Of a stretch of DNA of 64,000 nt, positions 1 to 13,116 are shown one piece after another. The notes under the pieces were generated by a model. The model had not been told where the DNA came from, searched no databases, and saw only the letters and a program-made list of their open reading frames with translations. Both the position numbers and the translations under genes were made by a program. The stretch covers positions 143,592,001 through 143,656,000 of the forward strand of contig NC_043000.1 of the NCBI RefSeq assembly GCF_006345805.1, given 5' to 3'. Source of the stretch: Octopus sinensis. Taxonomy: Eukaryota. How positions within the stretch are numbered: position 1 is the stretch's first letter; each line of letters opens with the position of its first letter.

Positions 1-754
1 TGTATATGTATACATGTTATTAAATTAAAACTATCCATATTTATGCCACATGCATAGATTCACCCGGAAATAGCCACATGTGGCTGCAAAAGTTTATTTT
101 GGGAGAATAACTATGAGCATTTGTGATTGTCACTTTATGTGTACGCGTTTGTTTATACGTACGGCTGTCCATATTCTTGCGTGCGTATGTGTGTTTCTAT
201 TTTTGTGTGTGTATATGTGAATGTGAGTGAGTGAGTAGGCGTGTGTGTGCGTGGGTACGCCTGCTTCATATTTCATATTTCTCATTCACCCTTTATAGTC
301 GCTTAGGTTAATGTCGCCTATTAAATTATCATCTGACAGTTATGTTGCAATATCAGTTACACAACAGTTATTTAAAGGCAAATGTGCATTTATTCGAAAT
401 AATTTTCTTTCTATAAATGTCAGTGGGACTTAATATGCGAAGTTCATTAATCCCTTTTATCCATCACCTTTAAGCGCGCAGCCATCCGTTATCTTCTTAA
501 ACCCATAGTGAAATATGTAATGAAAACTATAAAGCGGTTAGAGAGTGTTAGTTCTTTAATTAGATTCTTCATACAATCTATGTTATTGGACAGTTTACTT
601 TTATTAGTCTCTTCTACACTCTGTGTTCACTAAGGGTCAAGTAATATTAATTTCAAGAACTGGCATAAGGCCAGAAATCACTTAAACATTGCGGACCCTT
701 CACATGATACAAAACTAATTTTTGATTGGAACACATACACGCGCACATACACAC

Positions 755-768
755 ACACACATATATAC

Positions 769-845
<77 letters not shown>

Positions 846-907
846 TATATATATGATTGATTTTTCCAGTTTCAGCTAATGAGCTGTGGCCATGCTGGGG
901 CACCGCC

Positions 908-940
<33 letters not shown>

Positions 941-953
941 GTATGTAGATATA

Positions 954-1014
<61 letters not shown>

Positions 1015-1088
1015 CTATATATATAATATATATAAATAAATATATATGTATGTATATATATAGCTATATATATCTTTATAACTATATC

Positions 1089-1174
<86 letters not shown>

Positions 1175-1175
1175 T
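755..1175. repeat. Compound (TA)n/(CA)n microsatellite block with a ~30-bp SINE 3'-end fragment at ~877-907
   Basis: Direct reading; the fragment gctgtggccatgctggggcaccgcc matches the 3' part of the SINE at 17038-17433. Confidence 0.9.
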
Positions 1176-1693
1176 ACATACATAATAATAAAAGTGTAAA
1201 ATTAATCAATTGATTGCTTGCTTGATTCATTGATTATTTGATAGATTCATTTTACGTTTTTGTTATTGAAATTATAATTTACGTCCTGACCAAAAACTGC
1301 AGTTTCTGCGGGATTGCTCGTAGCACACACGTGGGTATTGAGGCTAAATATATGTTCACATTCGGCAGTATATATTTGTAAGTGTTGGTTGAATATCAGT
1401 TATGCGATGGCGTTTGATCGCATACATATGTAATCCTAACGCTCTCAAATTTATATTTGGAAATGCTGCACAGAAGATGAGAAATAAGTAAGTAAATATA
1501 GCTTTACTTTAATCTCGACACTCGTATGTAGATAATCTGAGTCATATGGATTCATTATTTTTTCTTTTTGCCTGGGGAAAAGGGAGACTTTTTGCGGGTA
1601 GAAAACGCATTTAACACCTATTTATAAATTAGGTGCGTGGCGACGCAATTAGCTGACCCCTCTTTATAATTATTTTTATAATTATAGAATATT

Positions 1694-1737
<44 letters not shown>

Positions 1738-2029
1738 CAAATCACAATAAGGGTGAAAAAATTGTATATTAATTAATAATATCAATTCAAAACACCAAGT
1801 GGCCCAGCGTAAAAAAAGGCTGGAATACAGTAAAAATTATTAATACAAGTAATAACGCTAGAGTGACATTCTTGGCGTGTTGAATTAATGCTTGAGAACA
1901 AATCTTTAGTGGTGGATTCCCTTTGCGGATCTATAACTAGCGTTAAAGTGGCCACATGTGGTGTCTCTCTCTTTATAATTGTATATATATATATATATTA
2001 TTATATATATATATATATAATAAATATAT

Positions 2030-2690
2030 ATTAGGGAATATATCCAAATTTTACAGGATAAAAAAAATCAGATTTAGGATTAATCCAATTTAAAATAGTA
2101 CCTATTATAAAATATTATAGAGACAAAACCACTATTTTTGCAAAACAAACAGGAAGACTTAATCAATACTAAAATTTAATATAGTCCCAAAAAACCGCCA
2201 CTACAATCTTTCTTGTCTTGATCGACAATCTTCAGGTGGACTTCAATCTTAAAAATCAAAATTTTAAAATATAAAATAATACTTTTAAATAATTAAGTAA
2301 TAAATGAAAAATAAGTATGCTAAAAATACTCCATATATAACCTATATATAATCCATATCGAAAATATAGACTAATTACCACGAATTCCCTAAAAAAAACC
2401 ATGATAAAACAAAACCTTAAACATATAACGCTAAAATCTCCCTTTTGCTTAACTCTATAACAACCTATAAAGTAAACCCCCTAACCAAACTTCACACACA
2501 AATACACACACGTAAACCACAGACTCACGACTTATACACATACCTATACTAACTTATAAACCTCATATACAACAAAACCCACTCCCTCCCCCACAGACAA
2601 ATTAACACATACATCCCAAAACCTAAATAACAAACCCATATATATACACATTCACACACAAAAACACACTACACAATCCAAAACACTCAC
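2030..2690 (-). mobile_element. AT-rich interspersed repeat carrying a hammerhead-like motif; probable Penelope-like element (PLE) terminal repeat
   Basis: Contains a hammerhead-like motif on the minus strand (2198-2241); segment 2105-2355 is duplicated in inverted orientation at 2690-2940. The PLE assignment is inference from the known association of minimal hammerheads and inverted terminal copies with PLEs. Boundaries approximate. Confidence 0.55.
2198..2239 (-). ncRNA. Minimal type-I hammerhead ribozyme-like motif (family 1, copy a)
   Basis: Minus strand reads CCAC-CTGAAGA-TTGTC(GATCAA)GACAA-GAAA-GATTG-TA-GTGG: 4-bp stem I, canonical CUGANGA, 5-bp stem II, GAAA, UA cleavage site. Stem III is reduced to the A-U pair. 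Confidence 0.65.
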
Positions 2691-2940
2691 GGATTATATA
2701 TAGGTTATATATGATTATATACTTATATTTTTTTTCATTTATACTTTAATTATTTAAAAGTATTATTTTTATATTTTAAAATTTTTGATTTTTTAGATTG
2801 AAGTCCACCTGAAGATTGTCGATCAAGACAAGAACGATTGTAGTGGCGGTTTTTTGACTATTTATTAAATTTTATGTATTGATTAAGTCTTTCCTTGTTT
2901 GTTTTGCAAAATTTGGTTTTGTCTCAATAATATTTTATAT
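2690..2940 (+). repeat. Inverted copy of 2105-2355
   Basis: The reverse complement aligns over ~250 bp with mostly small indel differences. Confidence 0.9.
2805..2846 (+). ncRNA. Hammerhead-like motif (family 1, copy b; GAAA mutated to GAAC)
   Basis: CCAC-CTGAAGA-TTGTC(GATCAA)GACAA-GAAC-GATTG-TA-GTGG. Confidence 0.55.
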
Positions 2941-3058
2941 ATATATATATAATATATATATATATATATAATATAATATATATATATATATATATATACA
3001 TAAATATATAATTTAGAAGGATGGTTTTTATACATTAGAAACCTAAATGCAAAACTTA

Positions 3059-3421
3059 TAGAGGTCACAAAATTGACAGAGGTTACTGACTAGCACCGGT
3101 TTTGATAAAAATTAGCCTTAAACAAACTTAAGGCCACAAAGCCCTGTCTAAACGGACGTAAGACCGTATCGTATAAAGCCGGATTGCAATTTCAGATTTT
3201 GATGTAGACCATCTCAATTCTTATCAGCGGCTCTTAACGACTAGTATTAAACTGAGGCAAAGTTAAAAGTAAGATTAATTGAAGTCACAAAGGTGTGGGG
3301 GGATGCTGACTATCACTACTTATTCTAAAATAAGAGTTAAATTAACTCCAAAGCCACTAAAGCACTATACTTAATGACTGAAAAATGGAGTAAGTACCCT
3401 CAGTCACTTTCGTGACCTCCA
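3059..3421. mobile_element. MITE-like element, ~360 bp, with 33-bp imperfect terminal inverted repeats
   Basis: 3059-3091 tagaggtcacaaaattgacagaggttactgact vs reverse complement of 3389-3421 tggaggtcacgaaagtgactgagggtacttact = 27/33 identical; TA on the left and CA on the right of the GAGGTCAC core. Confidence 0.7.
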
Positions 3422-5150
3422 TCAGTTTTGCTTCTATGGTCTAATTGCTAATAAGCCACTCTTTTAATTTATTGTATACACTTTTACCGTTTTGTAAATC
3501 AGCAGATGTGTTCAGTAGTTTTACTTACAATATTCACAAATGAAGTTGTGTTTAACCCTAGGCGTTAAGAGCCGCTGAGGAGAATTAAGTTGATCTATAC
3601 CAAACTTCGAAATCGCGATATTGCTATATACGCTGGGTATGTACCTCCTCTTGTCAAATATTATGTATAGGGATTTAATGGGTTTGGAGTTAATTTGACT
3701 CTTATTTTCGCATAAGCAGTGCTTGTCAGCACCATCCGTCACTTTTATGACCTATATTATATATACACATACGGTCATAGCTGGAAATAGCTAATGTGAG
3801 TCCGGCTATAATGCATGATGTGTTAACATTAAGGCATGCGTTGATAGAATGTATTCTCGTACACAAATTCTTCAACCTAGAGAAAAAGTGTGTCACAATA
3901 CAAAGTATTCAGTTTTGACTCATATAAATTTCCTTATATTTTATACTCACATACATACGCACACGTAAGCTCAAGTGGTTTAACACCGCGCTTAACTCGA
4001 GTTTCATCTCGATTGCAATCTTTAGACGGAGGAATCTGGAAGAAGTAGTTCCTAATGGTACCACCGTAGATAAGGCGATCATGAAATATTGCTATTTCGA
4101 CTTCTAGTGTTTGCATCTACGGTGAATGTTGGTAAGAATCAATATGCCTAAATATTTAATTTAAAGTCTTCATGAAATGATATCTATTCAAATTTGTTCT
4201 AAATATGGGACTTCTTAATTAACTTGTTTTCTTAGTTTGTAAATTTGAAATGAAAGCCTAGACAACTTCTGCAGATTTATTGAGAAAATATTTATTCGGA
4301 AATAACCGAAGGGTGACTGAATAATAAAAACAACACACAAAATCTTAATATTATAATAAAACTCATAACCATATCTCCTGTTTTGTTTACTGATATTCTA
4401 ATCCTTCTCCTTTCATTCTCTTTATTTTTTAGTAATCATTTCTCTCATCTCTTATGAAGTATCACTACCCACTCTCAATTCATTTTTAACTTCATCGTCT
4501 CCTATAATAATTCATTTACTATAACATATTTTTCATTTGCAGTTTCCCTCCCTTAGCCTCTATTTTCGCTTCTCATTCAGTCCTTATCTTCCTTCACCAC
4601 TCATTTTCTCTCGCTTACTTTTCATGACAATATCTATATCTCTATACTTTGTCTACTTTTCTCCCATTTCTCTCCTCTCTCTCTCTCTCTCCCTCTCTCT
4701 CTCTCACTGCATTAAACTATTCTCTGTGGGATTTTGCTATTGCTTACTTCCTGAAAGCCTTTGCTACGTTAGTTTATATCATTCTCCCGCGAATCTACGC
4801 TCTCACGTAGCCTTTTCTTTTGTTCCTTGATGACACTTTTGTTCATTTGCCTTTTCTCTCACCTCTAACATGAAAATTATTCCATTTTATTATCCATCAA
4901 TTGCCCAGACGTAAACACTGTCATGCACCTAGACGCACACATGCATATGCAAATCCTTGAAAATAAAACATTAACATACACATTCAAATACAAAGAACCT
5001 ATTCATCATTATCCTACATAAAATGAGACAGCGTATAAATGTATAGGGCTGGAGTAAACCAAAAGGCAATTGATTAGAAGTTTTAATTATCTCTGTCAAT
5101 AACCTGGAATTAATAAAAGCACGTGAATATTTCGCCTTTATTCCATTTAT

Positions 5151-5200
5151 AAAAGAATTATATAGTGTAAAAGAATTATATAGTGTAACAGAATTATATA
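5151..5200. repeat. 18-bp minisatellite, ~2.8 copies
   Basis: aaaagaattatatagtgt x2 plus aacagaattatata. Confidence 0.85.
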
Positions 5201-6440
5201 TTATTATTATTATTATTATCGTTGTTGTTGTTGTTGTCATTACTTTTACTATCATCATCATCATCATCATTATCATGATCATTATTATTATTATTTTATA
5301 AAAACTGTTATTGTTGTTGTTATCATTATAATTGTTATTATCACAATCATTATTACTATTGGCATATTAGCTACAGTGGTTGAGATAATTACTCAATAAA
5401 AATAGAAAACGCGTGGATGATGGTTCCGTTGCAGAAAGAATGGCGGAAAACAATGAGATGCCGCTTGCATTATAAGTTGGCTATCAGAGGAAATAGTAAT
5501 ATTAACAAAACAGATGACATAGTGACATCGTGAGTTAGGGAAAATTTAACAAAATGAAATAAGAATCGATAGAAGAAATGTGGTTGATTGCAGAAGACAT
5601 ATAGACAAAATATTTAGTTACGTTAATATTGTCTAAAATTGAATAACATACGTCCCTTTATGAATTGCAGTTCTCCAACACTAAATATATATTTAAGATA
5701 CGGTATTGCACAAATCCAAATGCTTATTAGGACGACAAACTCAAAGTATTTGATAAAGACTATAGAGTGTAGAGAAGGAACAAAACTCCATGGATATTCA
5801 AGTCACAATATTTGTTTAAATCGGTATGTTACCATTCTGTGCTTGGTTTACGTCACTTCAAACAATATCTATGGAAAAACTTGATCTTCAAAAAATGGAG
5901 ATCGAATTAGTTAAAATATATTAAAGTAGATGAAAAAGAAAATTGGTTAAAACAGTGTAGGCCGCTGCATTTCTGAAAAAAAACACAGAAAAACGCGAAG
6001 AAGGAGGGAGAGGTCATGGATTTAACACATGAACGATCTGGAAATAAAATAACCACCAGCAGCATATAACATGTGTGGGTGTGTGAAAGAAGCAACAGAA
6101 ATTCTTAATTTTCTATATAAAAACACTATGCCTTAAGGTGGCAATGTAAAATATTCCCTACATACTGACACAAAAATCACTTAAATAAGCATATTATGGG
6201 ATATTGAGAGACACATATGGACTAACCTTTATTATTTTGCCAAATTAATTCCTTAATTCTCTGGGCATTCTTAGGTTTAATCTGATGTCTTTAAGGTTAC
6301 TGAAAAGTAGACTTTAAAATTTATTACCCAAAATTTCCAGCAAGTAATAGAATAGAATAAAATATACTATGCTTCTTATTCATACAACCTTCCTCATCTT
6401 TTTTCTGAAAATTTCAACTGTGTGTGTGTGTGTGCGTATG

Positions 6441-6518
<78 letters not shown>

Positions 6519-6691
6519 CATATATATATATTTGCATTGTTTTCCATTTGTTTCTTTCATTGTTCGCATACAAGAGTTCGTATTTCAGGTTTTCATATTT
6601 CATGATGTTTACGTTTTGTAACGTCCTGTACGCATATATGCATATACATACATATATATACATAAGCATGTACATATATGTATTTTTTTGT

Positions 6692-7075
6692 GGAAGCACT
6701 CCGTCGGTTACGACGATGAGGGTTCCGGTTGATCCGAATCAACGGAACAGCCTGCTCGTGAAATTAACGTGTAAGTGGCTGAGCACTCCACAGACACGTG
6801 TACCCTTAACGTAGTTCTCGGGGATATTCAGCGTGATACAGAGAGTGACAAGGCCGGCCCTTTGAAATACAGGTACAACAGAAACAGGAAGTAAGAGTGA
6901 GAGAAAGTTGTGGTGAAAGAGTACAGCAGGGATCACCACCATCCCCTGCCGGAGCCTCGTGGAGCTTTAGGTGTTTTCGCTCAATAAACACTCACAACGC
7001 CCGGTCTGGGAATCGAAACCACGATCCTATGACCGCGAGTCCGCTGCCCTAACCACTGGGCCATTGCGCCTCCAC
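6692..7075 (-). mobile_element. tRNA-derived SINE, family D, tail type 1 (full length)
   Basis: Minus-strand head gtggaggcgcaatggcccagtggttagggcagcgg...gtttcgattcc with Pol III A-box and B-box-like motifs; near-identical copy at 37041-37376. Confidence 0.9.
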
Positions 7076-7247
7076 ATATATGTATGTATATATGCATATA
7101 TATATTATTTATACTATTATATGATTGAACGCAACGCATCCATTTCCAAGTAAGCTTATCTCTCTATGTATCTATCTATATCTATCTTATCTATGTCTAT
7201 TTTATTTATATCTATCTTATCTATAACTATCTTATCTATCTATCTTT

Positions 7248-7336
<89 letters not shown>

Positions 7337-7499
7337 TTGATTCAGATTATATTCTAACCAGAAAACGTGATATGAAAGACGTTTCTAGCGTTCGAGTCAT
7401 GAGAGGGTCGGAGAGCTGAACTGACCATCATCTAGTGCGTGGAAAAAAAGATTTCTCGATAATGCCTAAAAATCAACAGTCTGGTACTAAGTTGAAATG

Positions 7500-8830
7500 T
7501 TGCAAAATTTACATTATCAAGTAACTTGCAAATCGGTGACAAAGGATCTCTGTGGTAATTTTCAGAGGATTTCGATTTTGTCTGTGTTTGGAAAGGTACT
7601 TGCCCGCATTTATTAGAGCGTTTAAATACCTTTATAATTCCAAATGTGTTTCCTGATTCTCAGTGTGGTTTGTGTTCCTCCAGGGGCACAACTGATTGTA
7701 TCTTTACTATCACACAATTACAAGAAATGTGCATTCAAAAGAATCTTGCTGTATACCATTGCTTTGTTGATTTGAGTAAAACATTCAATACTGTTAATGG
7801 AAATGCTCTGTTGCTAATTCTAAGGAAAATAGGTTGCCCAGAAAAATTGTAAACAAGATCAGGGCTTTGCATCAAGATATGAAAGCTAGAGTTAATTTTA
7901 TTTGTAGGCTCTCTGAATATTTTGCTGTGGAAAATGGAGTAAAGCAAGGAGAACTTAATGCACACATCCTCTTTGCATTATACTTTGCTGTAGCGTTGTC
8001 ACATGCTTTTCAAATGTCTGAGGAGGGTATTTGTATAAAATATCGAAAAACAGGGAATACTTTTAATCTGACCAGAATGAAATTCAAAACGATGTTTACT
8101 TCACTCATTAGTGAGCTTTTGCATGTTGACTATTGTGACCTTGTCTGTCATACTGAAATAGGTCTGCAATCTTTTATATCTACATTTGACTCATCTTATC
8201 ATGATTTTGGCTTGACCATCAACTTGGCAAAAAAAGCAAAAACAGTTGTAATTCATCAACCAGCGCGTGGTGCTGTTTGTAACCCCACTGAAAGTTTTGT
8301 TAAGGGAAAGTTACCTGAGGTTGTCGATTCCTTCATCTACCTTGGAAGCCCTGTTCAAATGATGGAACTCTTGATACAGAAATACAGCTGTGAATCTAAA
8401 GGGTAGCAAAAGCATTTGGTGACTTGTAGTCACATGTTTGTTACCAGCAACATATAAAAAAAGAATACAAAACTGGCTCGTTACAAATCATTTGTCTTAC
8501 TATCACAATTGTATTCCTGTAAAACTTGGACTTGTTATGAAAGGCATATTAAACTGTTAGGACAATTTCACCAAAAATGCCTTCATCGTATTTTAAAAAT
8601 TAATTGGAGTTCTTTTACTCGAAATACAGATGTCCTTGCATCTGCAGGTATCACCATAATTAAAGATATGAATTTGGGGAACCAGCTGAGATGGTGTGGC
8701 CATATAAGTCGAATGGCAGATGAACCCATGACGAAACAGCTGTTTTATGATGAGCTTGCAGAGGAGAAAAGCTATCAGCGTAAACTTGAAATAGGATTAA
8801 GGACGACATAAGGACTACTATGAGGTCACT
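7500..8830 (+). pseudogene. Decayed RTE-clade LINE reverse transcriptase fragment
   Basis: Frames give DLCGNFQRISILSVFGKVLARI, FPDSQCG...RGTTDCIFTITQLQE, FVDLSKTFNTV, GVKQG, LLHVDYCDLVC (degenerate YADD), FIYLGS, CKTWT...FHQKCLHRILKINW and LRWCGHISRM; multiple stops and frameshifts. Confidence 0.9.
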
Positions 8831-8884
8831 TGAAATAGGTACATGAGGTGGTCAAACTCTGTATAAGAAGTAGACAACCACTAT

Positions 8885-8962
<78 letters not shown>

Positions 8963-9913
8963 TATGTATATATGCGTGTGTGTGTGTGTATGCATATATG
9001 TATATATACACGGATGAATATCTGCGCGTCTTCTCGAGGGTATGGTTTCCAGTATTCTTCCCACTGTAGAAATAGAATGGTGACAATGGAAGCGAAATGA
9101 AGTATGTCTTAAGTAAAAATAATACATAGAATATCATCCCCTGTATCTCATACTGTGTGTTTTATGAGATTACCGATTTAAGTGTCATTTATAAGGAAAG
9201 AGTCTCAAGCTTGGAACAAAATGCTATTCCGCAAATATTTGAATTGTAAACCACTTCATTTTTACTGTAAAACTGACACACTTATTTTGTTATCTTTAAA
9301 TTGTAAGAAAACATCGGTATCTTACTGACACGGAGCCCGTAAATTCAATGGTAAGAAAATGAATAATCAATAACAAGAAAGTAGTGTTCAAAAAGATATT
9401 AAACATAAATGCGGTAAACTAGATATAAAAGGCTATTAGTCAGAATGAAGCAAATGTAGATTATCGAACATAAAAGTAGGATGTTAGATGAGAGAGGGTA
9501 TTGTATAGACAGATATGTTTTCCGTACTGATACATAGAATGTTATTGAATCAGCACACAACATTTTGTCTTTCCAGCACTGAATATTTCATGGCGGCGAA
9601 TTTTCCGTATACTAAATTTTCCAACAGAATGCTTTGTATGTGAATCAACTTTCTACACTTGGAGTTTAAAATACACTTAGAGCAATTTTGCTTTACATTG
9701 CTTAAGATTAGATGGGATGTTTTCTATTTTGTTCATAGAGAATAATTATCGTAATTAAATTGTGCATTGCGTTATGGGTGATCGTTTCTAGAGAATACTA
9801 TTCTGCTCCAGCGGTAATATTACGAGTAGCATTTCATTTTGCCAAAGACGGACGTCTTTAATTTAAAGCACAGTTGCTGGGTCAAGTTAAATCTGTTATA
9901 ATTTCTATGTACG

Positions 9914-9965
<52 letters not shown>

Positions 9966-11339
9966 TAATTTGTCGATCATTGATCTCGCTCTTTTTCTCC
10001 CTGTGAAAGTACGAAGTGGTTGGAAGTGCACCATAAAATCGCAGTATTTCAAATCTTTTATTTTAGTTCGGACAGAAAGTAGTTATGGTAGTGTGACGTG
10101 GATTACACACCAGTATCATCTTCTAGTAATCTAACTATGACATAGAAACTGCTATCCTAAAGTTTGTTGCCATTTTATCACTCCACATTCTTATAATCGA
10201 ATAATTTATCTACATGTTTTCTACTTTGTATTGATGATTCACTTCAATGACATTTCTGATATGCTCACGGTCCGATCGGCATGAAATCTCATAATTACGC
10301 TATTAATCAGAAGACCTGTGCAAGATCAAATTTACCGCTTGGTTGGAAATATCTCAGAGTATCACTACGTTGAAGACAACACATAATTCAATATGTATTT
10401 GCGGATTACGAAAAGAAAAAGACATGACATTTTTGCACAATATTAGTTCTAAAATACCAAAAGAAATCTACCAGAATACAAAAGTCAGTTAGGAAATTTG
10501 GAATAACGCAACTGAAATTGGCTGTAGAATATTTTTGAATTTATACATTTCTAGAAAACTAAATGCAACAACATTATGCTATAATTTGGTAAGTTTGAGT
10601 GCATGAGTTTTTTTTCATCTCTCCTAATATTGTTGAAATTAATGCATACGATAGCTAACTTGAATACATAATTATAATGTCATATGATATAGTCGATAAA
10701 AGGTCAGAAGCAAATGATTCAAAAAACCTCATGATAAAATGCAATTCATTCAGAGCATCTATAATTGTGATGCTATTTAGTAACCAGTACAGGTTTGATT
10801 GTGAAGATCGGTGATTCATGCATGTTCGGGTCGATTACTCCATCTGCCCGAGGCATATGTTGGAACGCAATACATATGTTTCTGCCACCCATTAATATTC
10901 TAAGGCAGATTTGCTTGGTGTTTTAACAGATAGGTTCTTGCATAAACAAGACGAGATATGAGCCGCAACATCATTAGGATGAGATGAGCCCAGATTTCGA
11001 CTTAATATAAACGTTTATGAAAATATTGCATAAAATGAGAATAGCATAGACCTGTACATTGATGAACACTGACGAATAAACATGAATAAACGATAATCCT
11101 GCCAAAGTTTTCAAACTAGATGAGAATGAAACGAAGACGGAGCTAATAGTATAAAGCGTTTCTCGATTTAGTTGGTATATATATTGGGACGCCTGAGCAA
11201 ACGAAGTTCCCAGGAAACGGAAATAATATGAGACTCGACAAAGACGAGATATATATGAATGGCTATTTCCAGTGAGTTTAAAGCGAGAAAGTGATTCACC
11301 GAATAGGAAATTGGAGAGGGAGGTACAGGGGATGAATAT

Positions 11340-11540
11340 ATATAAAGTTAATCCAAACAAGAAAGCACAAAAAAACACAACAACGTTAGGTTGTGGAACA
11401 AATATAGTATTATTGGACGCTCAGGAAGAAGGAGAAGTTAACGTTTCGAGCGGAGCTCTTCGTCGGAAACATAGGAGAAGGAAAGATCCAGAGAAGGGAA
11501 GACAGGGGAAAAAATCGCCAACGGTACACACGAGGACATA
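11340..11540 (-). mobile_element. Short repeat with a hammerhead-like motif (relative of family 2)
   Basis: Shares the cgctcagga block and the gtttcgagc...gctctt hairpin with 16364-16502. Confidence 0.55.
11437..11470 (-). ncRNA. Hammerhead-like motif with CCGACGA core variant
   Basis: Minus strand GTTT-CCGACGA-A-GAGC(TCC)GCTC-GAAA-CG-TT-AAC; stem I weak. Confidence 0.45.
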
Positions 11541-11542
11541 TA

Positions 11543-11592
<50 letters not shown>

Positions 11593-11623
11593 TATATATA
11601 TAAATAAATAGATAGATAGATAT

Positions 11624-11666
<43 letters not shown>

Positions 11667-11667
11667 T

Positions 11668-11753
<86 letters not shown>

Positions 11754-11755
11754 GC
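11540..11755. repeat. (TA)n plus (GATA)n microsatellite
   Basis: Direct reading. Confidence 0.95.
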
Positions 11756-13116
11756 AGGCATGAATACATATGTGAATATCTGTATGAATGTATAATGTTT
11801 TGATGTGGATTTTTGCCTATCACACGGGTTAATAAGAGAACGTCGTGGAACCGATATCTTAAAGCTGCTAGAATGCCAAATGAAAACGCTTTTGATTCAT
11901 GTTTAGACGTCATAATTGCAAACGATTAGCAATATTAGAACTCTTGCGAAAAACAAGTGTTGGTTAAGTACCAATCTACACGCGCACACAAACACACATA
12001 TACATATAGAGACATAAGTGTGTGTATGTGTGTGTGCGCGTGCGTTCTTGCAAATATGCACATGTATGTACGTATATATATATAAGTTTATATATATATA
12101 TGTATATATATATATATGTATATATATATATGTGTATATATATATGTATATATATATATCTTTATATACACACACAGACACCCATATATACATATATATT
12201 ATTGTTATTGTTTGTGTGCGTGCATGTGTATTTGTTATATTTGAAAATTTGCCTCAGAGAATTTCACTTTTTTTCTTGTTCTTAAGTTTTAACCATAACA
12301 ATACGTAGTATTATTTTCCGTTTAAACAAAATACAAACGAATTGTAAATAGATGCTTGCATAGATATAGACATATTTAGTCTATAGAATGAATTATAATT
12401 TATTTTTCTCGAGTTCATGCACACACAAATAAGATAAAATACAAACAGTAATAAACAGACTGCGAATAATTTTATAAAAATCGATGTAGCTGTACTCGAT
12501 GGCTGAAAAATCACTACAAACGTTATATTCCTGTTCTGATAGGTTGGTAGCTGTATTTTCTTTGTTTGTACAATTTTTTGTTCTTTGTATGTTTTTGTTT
12601 GTTGACTATTTGTCTTTTCCAAACAGGAAACAGAAAACAGAGTTAGTGGTGAAAAAAAAACACAAGAAAACATCAAAACCAGTAACAAGAATAAAAAACA
12701 AATTAGCTAAAACTATAAATAATAAAGAAATTAAAAAAAAAAGATACGAATACAAACAGCAGCAGAGAAAACAAAACAGGTTCATGATGATGATAAGAAG
12801 AAGAATATTGATAATAATGATAATAACATTGAAAAGAACATTGAAAATAATAAAGAAAATCCGAAATTGATGTCCCACACGTTTTATTATTCCACTTCAC
12901 TTAATTCTGTCAGATCAAGAGTAACTTTTCGTTTGACAGGTAGTATAAGCGCGAAAATTTCTTGCTCATCAGACGAAGACATTTCACACTGGGACACATA
13001 TACATAAAAGCAACCTGAGAAACGTATATACACATACTCATAAATAGAAGCAAAAGCTTATATAGACGTACTGGTGTGTGTGTGTGTTGTGTGTGTGTGT
13101 GTGTGTGTGTGTATGT

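Noticed and set aside
1615-1670. tgcgt-ggcg-acgca hairpin as another hammerhead
   Set aside because: No CUGANGA or GAAA flanks it on either strand.
12499-12870. 123-aa Lys/Ile-rich ORF
   Set aside because: Degenerate A-rich low-complexity sequence.
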